Origin: Vicugna vicugna
Taxonomy: Eukaryota
NCBI GenBank assembly: GCA_013265495.1
Contig: MU061538.1
Location: forward strand, 434,001-498,000
Direction of reading: 5' to 3'
DNA length: 64,000 nucleotides
Part shown: piece by piece, positions 49,400 to 62,169 of the stretch
Position numbering within the stretch: the stretch's first letter is position 1
How the letters are laid out: every line of letters begins with the position of its first letter
Notes under the pieces: generated by a model
Database searches by the model: none
The model's input: only the letters and a program-made list of their open reading frames with translations
Told to the model about the DNA's origin: nothing
Position numbers and translations under genes: made by a program

Positions 49400-50240
49400 A
49401 GAGCGTGATTTTAGAGACGGGTGGGGCCCGGCACGAGGCTCCCGCGTCCGCCGCGTGGACAGAGCTGTCACGGCCGTTTCTCTGAGAAGATGCTGCCAGT
49501 CACCTCTCTCCTGCCTCCTGTGTTAATTTTCTGACGCCGCCTTCTCCCTGAGGACCGGGAGCGAGTGGCTGCCCCGCCCAGCTGGGTGCCTCGGGAGACC
49601 CTCTGGCACCACCGTGCACAGACCTGATGGCGCCCACCGAACGTGGGAAGCAAGCAGCCAGGCTCCCGTGGCTGCTCACAAAATGGCATTGAAGCCCTTA
49701 CCGTGCCGTCTGAGACCCAGAACCCCGGTCCCGCAGGAAAATAGTGCAGGTAGATCTGTGATCAGCAGGCGGCCGGGGACACGACGCCCGATGGTCCTGG
49801 ATGCACCGAGACGACGCCGTAAAGCGGGACGTGGTGGTGGGGGCTAAACCGCGAGACTCCAGCATCTCCCTCAGCCCGAGCGCAGAGCGCCGGAGAATAA
49901 TGCCGCCTGCGTCTTGTGTGTGGGTTGGAGACCTTCGCGCTGAATGAAAACGTGCAAGTGGTTCCGAGGCTCTGCCGGTGGGCCGCCCGGCGGGGAGCTG
50001 CTGGGGGCCGAAGGCACTTTTCATCGCACGTGGCTGCGGAGGGAGAAGGTTCCAGTTCTGACACTGGTCCTTGAGGTGTCAGCCTGGCAGAGCTCCGCCT
50101 GATGGCAGACAGAGAGGAAGAGGCGCAGAGAGGAAGAAGCGTCCAGGAGCCACCCGCGTCACGCGGGAACCGGGGCCCAGGGCAGCGTCAGCCGTGCCTC
50201 TCACGACTGGGAGGGTGGCCCACGCCCCCGGGCTGCGAGC
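49400..50240. promoter_or_regulatory. Intragenic CpG-rich region
   Basis: Sustained CpG density, for example cgcgtccgccgcg, acgacgcccg, gacgacgccg, cgagcgcagagcgccgg and cgcgtcacgcg. Confidence 0.45.
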
Positions 50241-51386
50241 TTTTCGTAAACTGTAGGACAATCAGTAAGGTTTCTTGAGTAACGTTTATTTACTCCCAGC
50301 TTCCCTCTTACTAACCAAACTTTCTCTTTTTAAAGCCGGCTTCATTTACGGTCCCCTGTGCTCCTGAGTGATGTGTGATCAGGGCCCTGTCAGCCCAGGA
50401 GGTGCAGAGGTCGGGGAGGCGGGGTCGCGGGCTCAGCGACCTCTCCCTCCGCAGCTCTGGTCATGACTGCTCCTGCCTGCTCCTGCCCCACATAGATTTG
50501 CGTCTGTGTTGAGGCTAATTTCGGGTTTCCTGAGGGGGCTTTAAAAAGCCATTCTGCGAAGTGGGCGGCGGAGTGGGAGCTTCCCCCAGGTTTCATTTAA
50601 ACCCTCGTGCAGTCAGAGGCCCCTCGGCTGGCCTTGAGCAGCCCAAGTCTCGGGCAGCGGCGGTGCGCGGCTCCATCTGGAGCCGACACGGTGTGGTTCT
50701 GAGTGTGTCGCTGCCAGGGAGCCTGCTCTGGGCCCAGTGGTGCTGCCGCCCCGGACCCCACCTCCCCGGACTCACAGGAGGATGTGAAGGACCAACGCGG
50801 GCAAGCTCCTCGGGACCCTGCAGCCAGTTCAGGAAGTGCCCCGGGGAGTCACAAGTCCCTGTCCCGCCGACACGGAGCTCCTGGTGTCTGACCACGGAGC
50901 TGCTTTCGCCCGAGGACGTCCCTGGCTTTAGTGACTGACCCCGGAGGGCCCTGGTCTGTCTGCCCGCTGCTCAGAGGCCGTGGGACGTGGTGACCCTCCA
51001 CGATGGACACGGGGAGGGGCTAGCCTCAGGCGGCAGCAGCTCCAGGGGCCCCTGGACCAAGCCCCCTCCTCCCCCCAGGACCAACTGCAGGCTGCCCCCA
51101 ACCCCGGGCGAGGGTCCCACCCCTCAACCATCCAGGGGAAGAACCTCTGACCAGAGGCCAGACCTGAGGGGTGGGGAGCCGGTCACAGCAGGTCGGGCAG
51201 CGCGTTCGTCTGCAACAGAGTCTAAACTGGAGCATCTCCTGCAGGCACTGCCCTCGACCCGTGGGACGGCCCCGCGTGCCCCAATTCCCACGCCCTCTCC
51301 TCCTGGCCGCCCTGTGACAAAGACGCGGCATTGCTGGGCCCAGAGTAGGTCCCCAGCAGTGACTCACACCCACCCCCACGCTCGCA

Positions 51387-51388
<2 letters not shown>

Positions 51389-51423
<35 letters not shown>
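51389..51423. repeat. (CA)17 microsatellite
   Basis: Perfect CA run. Confidence 0.95.
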
Positions 51424-51425
<2 letters not shown>

Positions 51426-52099
51426 TGCTGTTAAAGGACGACTCGGAGCTGCTGGCTTTCAGGGGAGGGCTGGCATGATCAGAGGCGACTTCAGGGACAC
51501 GTTGCAATGATTGTGGCTCCTTGAAGGGTGAGAGGGATTTGAACAACGTTGTGGAAGGGGCGGTGCGACCCAGGAGGAACGTTTATGCGTTTACTTGCAA
51601 ACCGGGGCTGAGATGTGCAGGACCCACCCCGCGCCGGCTGCTCCTGGCCTAACAGGACCTGGCCTAACACGACCGCGGCCTTGCAGTCTGGCACAAAACG
51701 CACTTAGGGCTGTGGGCAGAGGTATGGACAGAAGGGGGTGTCACCACTCCGCAGGGGCTCGCGGTGCTGGGCCTCGGGCGTTGGTCAGGTTTGCTGAGGG
51801 GCCGGTCCCAGAAGGGCAGAGACAAAGAGCCCAAGAGGCTTCGACCCTGCTGGGGTCCGGGACTGTGGGCGTTACTGACGCGTGTCTGAGGGAGCGCTGA
51901 CTGCCTTCCCTGGAGGAGGCGGCCTCGCCCTGTGCTCCCAGGACACCCTCTGCTGGGCTCCCTCCCGCGGCTCTGCGTCCTCCATCAGACTCTGCATCCC
52001 TCAGGGACGCAGACTGTGTCCCAGCCATCGCAGGAGTGCACCTTGAACCTGGCCCATAGTGCACTGCAAATAAAAGGTCCTCTGTTCGGACGGACCATT

Positions 52100-52240
52100 G
52101 GGTGGATGGATGAGTGGATAGATGGATGAAGGATGGAGGATGCGGACTTGGGGGGTGGGGGGTCGGACGGACGACGTTGGAGAAGTGAGTGGATGGTCAG
52201 ATGCGTAGGCAGGTGGGTGGGTGGGTGAGCGGATGGACGG
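52100..52240. repeat. Degenerate (GGAT)n/(GGGT)n low-complexity tract
   Basis: ggtggatggatgagtggatagatggatgaaggatggagga...ggtgggtgggtgggtgagcggatggacgg. Confidence 0.75.
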
Positions 52241-52369
52241 CTGACGCAGCAAATGCAGCTCTGGTGACGCTGTTGGAAAGTGTCTGCGGAGACAGGACGG
52301 CCAGGTTGGTACCTTGGGTCATGACGTGGGCCATCGGCAAACTTTGACATTTTCAGAGTCGGGAGATGC

Positions 52370-52810
52370 ATATTTTTGTTAAAATACTTGTTTCACTTTA
52401 TTGAATACTTGTGTGGAAAACTTAGAAAGTGCCAAACAATAAACTTACAATCACTAGTAATTTCACCCCCAGCTTCACTCGCTAGTGGTCTTTCTTTCAG
52501 AGTATGTGTGCAGCACACGTTGCGTGGAGCACGCATGCCGCACGCTGCAATAGGGTTTTATCTTCCTTTCACTCAGCGTGTTCAGCCTCGTCAAACGGTC
52601 TCTGAAGTGTCCTTTGAGGGGCGCCGCGTTCTTCGCGTGGTCCCACCCTCGCTGGTCTGAGACCCAGCCCGCTTTGCTGAGCATTTTACTTTGGTAAATC
52701 TTGCTGCAGTCACCATCCTGAGACACAGATCTGGCCCGTCTGACGTGTTACTCCTTTAGGACACGCTCCTAGACATCTAAGCGCTGTGTCTAAAGGCGCA
52801 GACTCTCCCA
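52370..52810 (-). mobile_element. L1ME/L1MC 3' UTR remnant
   Basis: aaaacttagaaagtg...tcactagtaatttcacccccag...ttttatcttcctttcactcagc...ctttggtaaatcttgctgcagtcaccatcct...ctcctttaggacacgctcctagac...gtgtctaaaggcgca is collinear with the recalled reversed L1ME 3' end. Confidence 0.65.
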
Positions 52811-52882
52811 GGGGTCTTGGTTTTCACTGTCCAGGTGCACCAGCGTCCACCCCAGATCCTGGGGGCGTCTGGGACAGCGGTG

Positions 52883-52930
52883 CCTCTGAGCGGCCCTCTG
52901 AGCGGCTCTCTGGGTGGCTCTCTGAGCAGC
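52883..52930. repeat. 12-bp tandem repeat, about 4 copies (CTCTGAGCGGCY)
   Basis: cctctgagcgg ccctctgagcgg ctctctgggtgg ctctctgagcag. Confidence 0.8.
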
Positions 52931-54019
52931 ACTAGGACAGTCACTCGGCTTAAACCTTGGCGTCCTTCAAGGCGAGCCGTGGAGTCTCATCACTGCTTCC
53001 ACGTGCGGCTTTGAACCCTGCGAAGTAGACGCAGGTGCTCGCGCGTGGGCCGTTGGGCCTCAGGGAGAAAGCCGCTCAGGATTTTCATGGTCGCTTCCTC
53101 TGTCGGCCGTCCTGCCTGTGTCAGTTTGCCTGTTACAACTGTTTGAGGTTCAGAGTATGAGGCTTTGGTGCATTCAGAAGTATTTGTCTTTTCGTTTCAG
53201 GTTTGACCGGTCACGCTCTGGTTCAGGGGCCCTCGGTCTCTGGTCGGCTGCACGGTCCCTGTTGTGCTTTAGTTTCTGTGGCTCCTGCTGCTACCCCACT
53301 GCTTCACCTGGGTCGTCTGGGCGCTGTTGCCCTGCGTTGTGAGCGGGGGTGAAGGGGCCTTTCCGAAGACACGCCCTCGCTGGCTGAGTAACCCGTCCTT
53401 CGCCCGCTGATTTGCGAGGCGTCCTGAGCTGTGTCCTCCTCTCCCCCTAAACAAGGCTGCGCAGTGAGGTGACCAGTGCGACTCCTGTGTGAACCCCTGG
53501 TCTCTCGCCTGCGTCTCCTGGACCGGAGTCTTCAGGCTCGTGTCTGCCGTCCCTCCACTGACAGTCCTGGGTTCTTCCCGGACATTCCAGTGCCGCCCCT
53601 TCCTCATCCCCCGGGAAGCGGGCAGTTCCGCCGAGTCCCCCCCCCACCCCTCGGGGGGGATTTGAACTCAACCCCCGTTTTCACTTCCTGGCAGTTATGT
53701 TCAACCCCGGTCTGTTGGTGTCTCCCCCGTGGCTGAGCGCTGCCTGGCGGCTTCTGCCTATGCCATGGGGACCACCTCTCCTCTGGGGACCAGCACCATT
53801 GCCTCTGGCCTCTGCTTGTCGGCTGAGGCTCGGGACGCTGCTGCCCGGTCCTGGAAGTTTCCCTCAGATGCCCTGGTGCTGGTTCTTGGCCCTGCGCCTG
53901 ACTTGATCCTGATGGAGGGCCTCCCGTGTCAGCCTGCCTTCTGGCCGCGTCGTGTGTCCCAGTCCCCGGGTGGGGTGGGGACGCCCACCTGCTGGGCTCC
54001 TGGGAAAATCCCGTTTCTA

Positions 54020-54130
54020 AGGCAGGTTTTAATCAGCTTTCCTGAGGTGCGACTTACGGTAAATCCACCAGTCTGATGAGTTTTGACACCTGTATGTAGC
54101 TTTTCAACCACCCGTCAAGCTGGACCCTGC
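54020..54130 (-). mobile_element. L1ME 3'-terminal fragment
   Basis: ttttaatcagctttcctgaggtgcgacttacggtaaatccaccagtctgatgagttttgacacctgtatgtagc...aaccacc. Confidence 0.55.
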
Positions 54131-55769
54131 AGCCGCGCGCACCCCTTCCGTGAGGTGCGTTGCTCAGTGTGTTTGAATCAGCTGGTTCTGGTCTCAGTCC
54201 TGTGAGTCCAAGTGCACTTAACCCCCTGCACCAGCTCGGTGCCTGGACTGCGTCCACCGTCAGTGACCCATGGGCTGGCAAGGGAGGGCACCGGGGGCCG
54301 AGGACACCCGGGGAGAGGACCGCGGCCTCTCTCGGTGCCGGGCGGGGGAGGGGCCGGGGCGGCGCTGCCCCGCGGTCTGGCCCGAAGTACCAGGCATTCA
54401 AGCACCACTGAAACTGGAATTATACAGTCAGCTCTGCCCAGTTTCTGCCCCGATTTACTCTTACGGAGCTGAGTGACTCAGCCCTAAAACTTCTGTGTAA
54501 GCGTGAAGAGCTTTGACCGGAAGAAATGTGAAACAGTGACTTCTCTCTGGGAGGGGGTCCCAGCGTGTTAGCTAGACGCACCCAGAGCTCACCAGCCTCC
54601 GCCTCAGCCTCCGTGCTGCGCCCAAGTCACCGGGGCTCCGGGCGCGGCCCCGTGGTCACGGCCCGCGGTCACGGCTGACACGCAGACCCACAGCAGGACG
54701 CCCCTCGCTCTGGGCGTCGGGGACCACGTCTCCCTCCTCCTGGGTAACGTCCCGACCAGGTGGCTTTTTCCCTTTGGCAGGTGTTCTCACTACCGCCTTC
54801 GAATTCACCGCAGACCCTGTCTTCTCTGCAGCTGCTTTTACCGCTGGGAGGCGGGGAGCAGCTCCACACACACAAACACGTGGGCTGAGCCTCCCCGCGA
54901 CACAGGCTCTCCGTTCGGCCTTTAGGTCAACCCCAGGCTCCTGTGCGAAGCGTGGTTTTGGAAACGGCGACAGACTGTGCCTTTCTTTCCTCGCCCCCCT
55001 CCCCTCCTCACCCCTTTCATCGCCTTCGTGTTTTTCAGGTTTTTATTCCTTTTTTCATGGCGGTTTTTGTGCAGGAATCTCTTGGTCTCGGGAGCGCTTG
55101 ACCGCGCTCGGTGGTCAGACAAAACACAGATGCAGCTCTGACACGGTGGGTCCATCTATCAACACGGCTGAACCGCCGCACTTCCCGCCTTCCACCTGCT
55201 CCTCAGATTCATATTCAAAACAAAAACAAAAGCGTTTATCACCTCCAGTTCACAAAAGGCAGCCATCCCGAATAGACCAAACTGGATTAGAGCGTCCGTA
55301 CCCGTGGAGCCCACTTAGCAAAGTGAAGCAGCCATGGTGCAAGGTGATTTGCAAAGTGCAGTCGCCTCTGATCAATCTGAAATAATCCTCCTGTTTGTGA
55401 AACAGAACATAAGATGCGGCACCGAGCCTGACGCCAATTACGCTCGTAAAGCCGGTTTAAAGTGGTGCCGGGGGCAGGCAAGCCCCGCCCGGGCTCGCCG
55501 TCCCCTTTCTGGGGCGACTGGAGAAGCAGCCGCCACACGGCCGTGGGAGGATCCCGGTCCTCGGGAGTAAACCGAGGCACCGGCCTGGAGCGATGTCAGA
55601 GTCCCGCCCGTCCGCGGTTCCCATGCAGAGGCCAGCGGGAGCCAGGGAACTGTCCCTCCCAGTCTAACTCCGGGCACAGCACCCTGGGTGGGATGGGCGT
55701 CACCCGCGTCAGGACGCTGGAGGCTCAGCCCTCTGACCGCCCGTGTGTTTCCGGTTTCAGTTCTTTTGT

Positions 55770-56120
55770 GAAACCCACTTTTGAACACGTGTCTTCTACG
55801 GACAGACCTTCTCCCACATCATCTTCCAAAACACAGCGTCAACGAGTCATATCACCGGTCACAGCTCACCGCTGGGCCCCCCTCGTCCCCAGACCGCCTC
55901 TCGCGGCTGCGGTTTTACTTTCGATCCAGATCCCATCAAGGAGCAGTGCTGCTTTCTGTGGTCGTATCTCCTTGAACTTCCTCCTTCTAGAATGCTCTTC
56001 CCGGTTTTTAATGCCATTTCTTTTCTGGTTTGCCCCGAAAGTGCAGTTTTTAAAGACACCGGCCGGTTGTCATGCGGAACGCCTGGCCCCGGATTGTCCG
56101 ATCGCCCCACGTCACAAGGG
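55770..56120 (-). mobile_element. L1MB/MC 3' UTR fragment
   Basis: gatccagatcccatcaagga...gtcgtatctccttgaacttcct...tttttaaagacaccggccggttgtcatgcggaacgcctggcccc. Confidence 0.55.
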
Positions 56121-59014
56121 GCAGGTGGAAGGCCTGGGCGGGCATCTGCCCCCGTGGGGCTGCACATGCGTCCTGTCGGGAGGACCCGGCAGTCTTTCCA
56201 GGTCTGGGCGCTGCTGAGCGACATCTTGGTGAGCGTGGGGCCCGGCACAGGCTCCCCCAGGAAGGTGACTTCTCTCCGTCGTCTTGGATTGCTCGGAGGC
56301 TGCGAGGCTCGCCTGGGCCCCAACTGCCTTCCGCTGTGCACCTCTCATTCCAAGCTGAACAGGGGAGTCGGGGGCCTTGTGCAGAGAAGGCAGCCGTGCA
56401 CTGCCACAGCGCCCACCTGCGGATGTGCGGGCACAGAGGAGCCAGCACCGTGTCTCTCCATGGCGGGAGCTTCTCGCAGGCCCAGGAAGCAGGAAGGCAG
56501 GACGCTGAGGGCCCTGGCACAAGAGACAGTCAGGAGGGCTCGCTAGTAGAGGCAGAGGGCTGTGCAGACCAGGGCCCGGGGACCCGCCGGGTGATGGTAC
56601 TTAAATGTGACACTGCCCTCTGTGAGGGAGCACCAGCCCAGGCACCGCACAGCTGAGGGGCCACAGCGCGAGGAGGCCCTGGGTAGGAGGGGAGACGCTT
56701 GCGCTACTGGAGGGCGCTGTCCAGACGGGACCAGGCTCACCCCAGACCAGATGCCTTGCTCCGAAATCAGTGTCGCGACCAGCGAGCCCGAGGAGGATCG
56801 GGGACCAGACGGGCCCTTCCTGGGGAGAACAGCCATGTGGCCGCTCCCCCTGCTGTGTCGGAGCCCCAGCCTCCCTGCGGCAGGGCCGTGGGGGAAGCCG
56901 CTTACCGTCTCCACGTAGACTGGGGGGGCTCACAGAGGTGTGGTCCCTTTTGCGTTTCTCAGTGAGTCCTTGGTAAACTGACTTAGCACCAGATCCCCTG
57001 GTTAGCCTGGCTACAGCCTCGAACAGCAGGCTTTCCCGCCACTTAGCAGAGCGGCCTTCAGGGACACCCCCAGAGCACAGACTTGCCCGCGGCGGTTCTC
57101 AGGCCCCCGGTCACCTGAGGATCTACACAGGCACGTGTGGTCACGTGTGTGGCCTCAGGGCAGGGTGACCACAGAAGGACCCCCCAGGTCGTGGCCTGAG
57201 TGATGTGGAAAAGCTCTATTTGTCATTTTTTTGAAAGATGCCTACTTACCAGCAGCTTCGAGTCACCGGTGAGACCTGGTCTCCCTCTGGCGCCAAGAAG
57301 TCCAGGATGCGGAAGCGCCTGCCCACTCGCTCTGAGGGGTGTCCCTGCTGTTTGTCTGACTTTGAGTAGCTCCTCTTTGTAGAAGACAGCTTCTTATGAC
57401 TCTAAAAGGCAGGTGTAGTCACGTCCACATTAAATATGTGTCACAGGTTCCTGGATCCAGGGCCCGGAGGAGGCCAGGCGTGGTGCCTCTGACGCTTCAG
57501 GGGACGCGGCGGGAAAGGAGGCTCCTTGGGTGCACTTGGAATGAAATCCGTGTTCAGTTTTAAGACAGGGCTGCAACCAGCTTCCCTTTGAAAATTAGCA
57601 GGAGGACTGAGGTGCAGAGAGGAGTGTGGTTTGAAGAAACAGTGACGCACGTTTTACCGAATTCACGCCTTCAGTGACCGACCCCTGGTGGTGCTGCCAC
57701 AGAGGGCCTCACGGGCCGCGCTCGGGTCCCAGTGTGCCTTCCATGGAGGTCCTCCTCGCAGCCGGAAGGGGCACGTTCAGATTCAGCGACCGAGACGGCT
57801 GCCCTGTGACTTGTCGGCTGTTTTGCAGGGAGGTGGGACTTGCCATCCAGTTATGTGGGCGCGGTTTTGATGAACTTGTCATAAGCACACGTTTGCTGTG
57901 AGCTTTCGCGTCTGCAGTAACGAGGCCCCCCGTCCGACCTCTACCATCTGCCCACTACCATCTGACGAGGCCGGGGGCCACGAGGCGGCAGGCTGGGGGC
58001 GGGTGCGCTATGGTGCTTGCTTGCTTCACGCCCAGCTCTCTGATCCGCTCCACCTCCGATGTCAGCCGCACTACGACACAGGTCGAATCCAAAGAGGAGA
58101 CCCCTCGGTACCCAGGCAGGCCAGGAGAGGACAGCTGCGGCCACAGCGATTGTTAGGAGGCCTCAGGCAGCTGGGGACGGCGCCACGGGTCTGGGAGGCA
58201 GCGGTGCCCTGTCCTCACCGTCTCAGGGCTCACGGCTGAGGCCGTGTCTCCTCTGGACGGCAGCTGCCCCGTTCACACCCGCCTGTGTCGTCTGCCAGGG
58301 ACCGCGTCCCGCAGGGTGGGAGCTGGGTGCAGCATCGCTGTGGGGGAGGGGGTGCGCGGGGCCTCCGTTAACTCTGTCTCATGGTGGAGAGTCATAAGGA
58401 GGTCACCAGCTTGTCCCGTGCGCTGGCCCTGATGCTGGGGGGGTACCGGCCAGCCTTCTCGCCGTCCTCTCTCTGCTGTGGTGGTGACCCCTCGCCCCTG
58501 TACATCTGTGTCCACGGCGCTCAGCAACCTGGAAGTCTGATTTGGGGTTCAGGAAACGAGCTAAAACGCTGCAAGTAAGGCAGCTGACCCTCTGGCCTTC
58601 GTTTCAGTCTCCCTGAAATCAAGGCCGTGGGAGGCACTCACGCCCTGCCTGCTTCTGATGGGCCTGATTGCCTCCCCGCGCAGCCCCCGTGCGACGCGTG
58701 CCATGACACCCGCCTGACCCTTCCCAGCCCTGGGATTACCCGCGGAGGCGTGCCGTCTCAGCAGAGCCCCGGCGAGGCTGTGAAGCTGTGCCCGGCCTCC
58801 AGGTGTGGGGCCCGGGGCTGAGAGAGGCGGGGGTCTTGCTCAGGGTCACTCAGATGCGGTCGATCTTCATTCCTCCTGGAGGTGGCAGGCAAAACCTGGA
58901 CTGCGTCCCTGCCGGCCCCAGTCCATCTCCTTCATCAGCTCCGGGCGAGGATGGAGGACCTCTTCCAGGACGGGAAGCCCCTTCTCCCGCTGCTCCCTCG
59001 TCCCGCAGGGGCCG

Positions 59015-59185
59015 GAGCTGGGGCCGGACGTGGAGGGGGGGGCGTCCGGCGTGAGCTGGGGCCGGACGTGGGGGGGCGTCCGGCGTGAGCTGGGGCCGGA
59101 CGTGGGGCGGCGCCCGTGAGCTGGGGCCGGACGTGGGGGGGCGTCCAGCGTGAGCTGGGGCCGGACGTGGGGGGGCGTCCGGCGT
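59015..59185. repeat. About 34-bp G/CpG-rich minisatellite, 5 copies, consensus GAGCTGGGGCCGGACGTGGGGGGGCGTCCGGCGT
   Basis: Unit starts at 59015, 59053, 59087, 59118 and 59152 (lengths 31-38 bp). Confidence 0.95.
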
Positions 59186-61759
59186 CTCTGGCTGTGAGAC
59201 GTGATGGTGACGTCCTGTTTTCTTGTAACCCCCGACGGTCAGGCTGGGTCCCGCCCTCACCTGAACTGAGGAAAACGCATCCAAGGAGGGAGGGCGTCCG
59301 GCCTTCCTCAGCGAGCTTTGTGCCGGGCACCCGGCTGGGAGCGTCAGCTGGTCTGGCTCTACCTTCCTGGTGGCGGCCTTCCACTTTTCCTCTTTGAATA
59401 ATGCACGAGAAAGGGCCTCATATGGTCACACATCTTACCCTGAAACGGGAGCAGAAAGGAGAAGAAATGAGGGGGGCGGGAGATGGCCCAGGGGCACAAA
59501 CCAGCTCCTAGACTCTTCCTCACCACAGAGTGGCCGTCAGGGTGACCTGGTCGCCAGCCCAGGTGGTCTCTGTGAGGCTCTCCCAGACTTTCTTCCCAGC
59601 ACGTCCTGCCCCTGGGGTTGCTCACGTCACGCCAAGTGGGTTCCTGGGCCCTCTGAGTGGGGTGTCCCCCCGAGCCCTGCACCCCTTTCCTTGCAGCCCT
59701 GTGTCCACTTCTCCAGAAAAGGCCACGGGGAGTGACCAGGCTTTAACGTGTTGTACGTTTTGTTCGAGGGAAATGAAAGGCATGCGCTTCGCAAGTTAGT
59801 TTTGCAGACGTGTTGCTCTGTGTAAGGTCAGCGTCGCGGGCTGTACCTGGACTCCGTGTGCAGATGGGCAGATCGCTCCGCTGTGCGGGACAGGGGGCTC
59901 TCATGGGCAGTGGGGCAGCAGCGGCTTCCTGCCCCACTCAGTGCCACCCAGGCGCCGCTGCGTCCCGACGGAGGGCAGGGGGTAGCACGGACCCCTGCGA
60001 TGAGGGAAGCAGTCGGGTCTCTGGAAAACCATGAGCAGCTGGGGCTTGGTTCTGAGGACGCTGACCCCCAGACCAGGTGCTCTCAGCTGGGGACCCGGAC
60101 AGCCTGGGAGGCTCGTAGATCACAGAGCCTGGCAGTCGGGCCAGGTCGCAAGTGCGGGGCCCCCACGCCCCGGGTCAGCTGAGGCCTGTGCCGACCGCCT
60201 CTGGTCCCGGGCCCAGAGCTGCCGCTCCTGGATCGCCCCGTGGGCGGGCCTCACGCTGGCAACGCTCCCCCCCCGGAACCACCCAGAGCTGCTGCGGGGT
60301 GGGGTCTGCGCGCCCACCCATGGGGCCACTGCCTGTACCCCTGGCTCAAAACACAAGGGGCGTTTTCTGTAGTTTAACTTTTTTGGGAAAAACAAAATCA
60401 AAAAGGGCAGTTCACAGAAGTCACTGATCCTCTGAAGTGATCCTGAGAGCACGGCAATCCCAAACTGCAGTGTCAGAGCGAGCAAGCCGGGGGCCCAGAC
60501 CCCAGGGCCCGGATCCAGCGCGTCGGGGTGGGGTTCTTGGGAAAGCTGTTCCCGATCGCCCTCGTCCCTCCGGCGTCTGATGCCCAGTGCCCGGCTCGGG
60601 GAGCACAGCCCATTCCTGAGGATGCCGACACAGTGGTGCTCCCTGGACAGCCGGACCTCTAGGTGAGCACGTGGCCCGATGCCTCATCACAGCCTTGGCT
60701 CGCTCCTGGGGAGCTGCCCCCAGATGGCCAGGAGCCCAGGCTCCCGCCTTCCTCCACGACTGGCGCCCGTCTCTCCAGACGACCAGAGAATCCTCGAATG
60801 CTGCTGCGGCAGGGGTGTTTTGGAGACGTTTGCACAGGTATCGGGTTGGGTCTGGAGGGTATTTACGCGCACAGACTCCCAGCCTGCCTGGTGCTCGGAC
60901 AGGCCCCCCTGAAGCCCAAAGAGTGGACCAAACAGCAGGCCCTCCCTGGTGGGAGGCCCCTGTTGGTGGCATCGCTGGAGACACGTCACGTCTTAAAACA
61001 CGCCGTGTGGTCCCGTGCGCGGAGCCCCTGGGGGCAGCACGTGTGCTTGAGCAGAGGCAGTGCCCCTCTGCAGGGCGTCGGGCTGCCTGGCTCCCTGCAA
61101 ACCGGCTTCGGCTGACTCCATGGCCCCATCGTCTCCGGCGGCTGCCCTGCCCTTCCCGGGACACTGGGTCCCTGCCCGGCCGCTGTCAGGATGCCCCTCC
61201 CCACCTCCGCCGGCCCCCTCCCTTCAGGGGCCCATCGGAAAACCGGGGAGCCTGGTGTGGGACACGTGTGCACGTACATGCTGTGGTGGTTTCATCACCG
61301 CCTGGGTGTCCCTGTCCCCGAAGGGCGAACCATGCCCACCCGCTGACGCGGAGGAGGGCAGGCACAGAATGGAAAACAAGGGACGCTGAGACCCTCTGGA
61401 GAAACTGGCCGAGTTCACAGAGGGCCGCCATGTGCCTGGTGTCGCGCCTGGTGGGGGCGTCCGCGAGCTTTTCCCGGAAGCTGCTTTCTGTGCTCAGAGC
61501 CCGCAGGCCCCTGAAATGCCACCGGGGGCAGGAGAGGTGGGAGGGCTGCGGCGGGGGCTCAGGCTCCCAGAGGGGCCGGCTGGCCGCTGCCTGCCTCGTG
61601 AAGACGCGGTGCATGTGGGGACCCCCCCTTCCCGGTGGCGCGCTTGCCTCACAGTCACAGTCCTGATGTGCCAGCCTTCCCGGCTCAGAGGTGCGACTCG
61701 GAGATCGACTTGGCGTCCTGACATATTTGAGAGGATAATCCATTTACTGGCAAACACGT

Positions 61760-62160
61760 GTGTATTAGTCAGGATTAGCGTGACTGTCTGTGACAGAAAT
61801 CCAAAATAGTAGCGGCTTGAACAACTGGAAATTTATTTTCATTTCTTGAAGAAGAAAAAGTCCAGAGGCAGATGATCCAAGAACAAGAACCGGGCAGCCT
61901 TCTGAGGTCACCGAGCACCTTCCCTCCTGTTGCTGTCACACCCGCCTTACGGGACTTCCTCTTCGTGGTCCAAGGTGGCTGCCAGAGCTCCCACCGTCAA
62001 CTCACATTCCAGCAGCAGTGAGGGTGGAGAGGGGAAGAAGCACACACCACGAGACATTGCCTGGAGGCAACCTGTGACATTCCCCGTCACGGGAGTCACT
62101 GAGCTTGCCGTGGGGGTCGCTGTGTGTCCAGCTAAAGACCAGGGGTTCCAGGAAAGAGAG
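61760..62160 (-). mobile_element. Old MaLR LTR (MLT1J/K/L-like)
   Basis: tgtattagtcaggattagcgtgactgtctgtgacagaaatccaaaatagtagcggcttgaacaactggaaatttattttc...aagtccagaggcag...tccaaggtggctgccagagctccc...ctcacattccagcagcag. Confidence 0.8.
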
Positions 62161-62169
62161 GGGAGCGAA

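Noticed and set aside
58036-58156. Possible + strand exon SLIRSTSDVSRTTTQVESKEETPRYPGRPGEDSCGHSDC*
   Set aside because: No similarity to PTPRN2 or any protein I recognise. The acceptor is modest and there is no supporting context.
60671-61666. 331-aa minus-strand ORF, and similarly long ORFs at 30511-31392, 25495-26331, 7174-7950 and 55462-56217
   Set aside because: Pro/Gly/Arg/Ala-rich low-complexity translations with no recognisable domain. Several frames overlap on both strands, and long stop-free runs are expected at this GC content.
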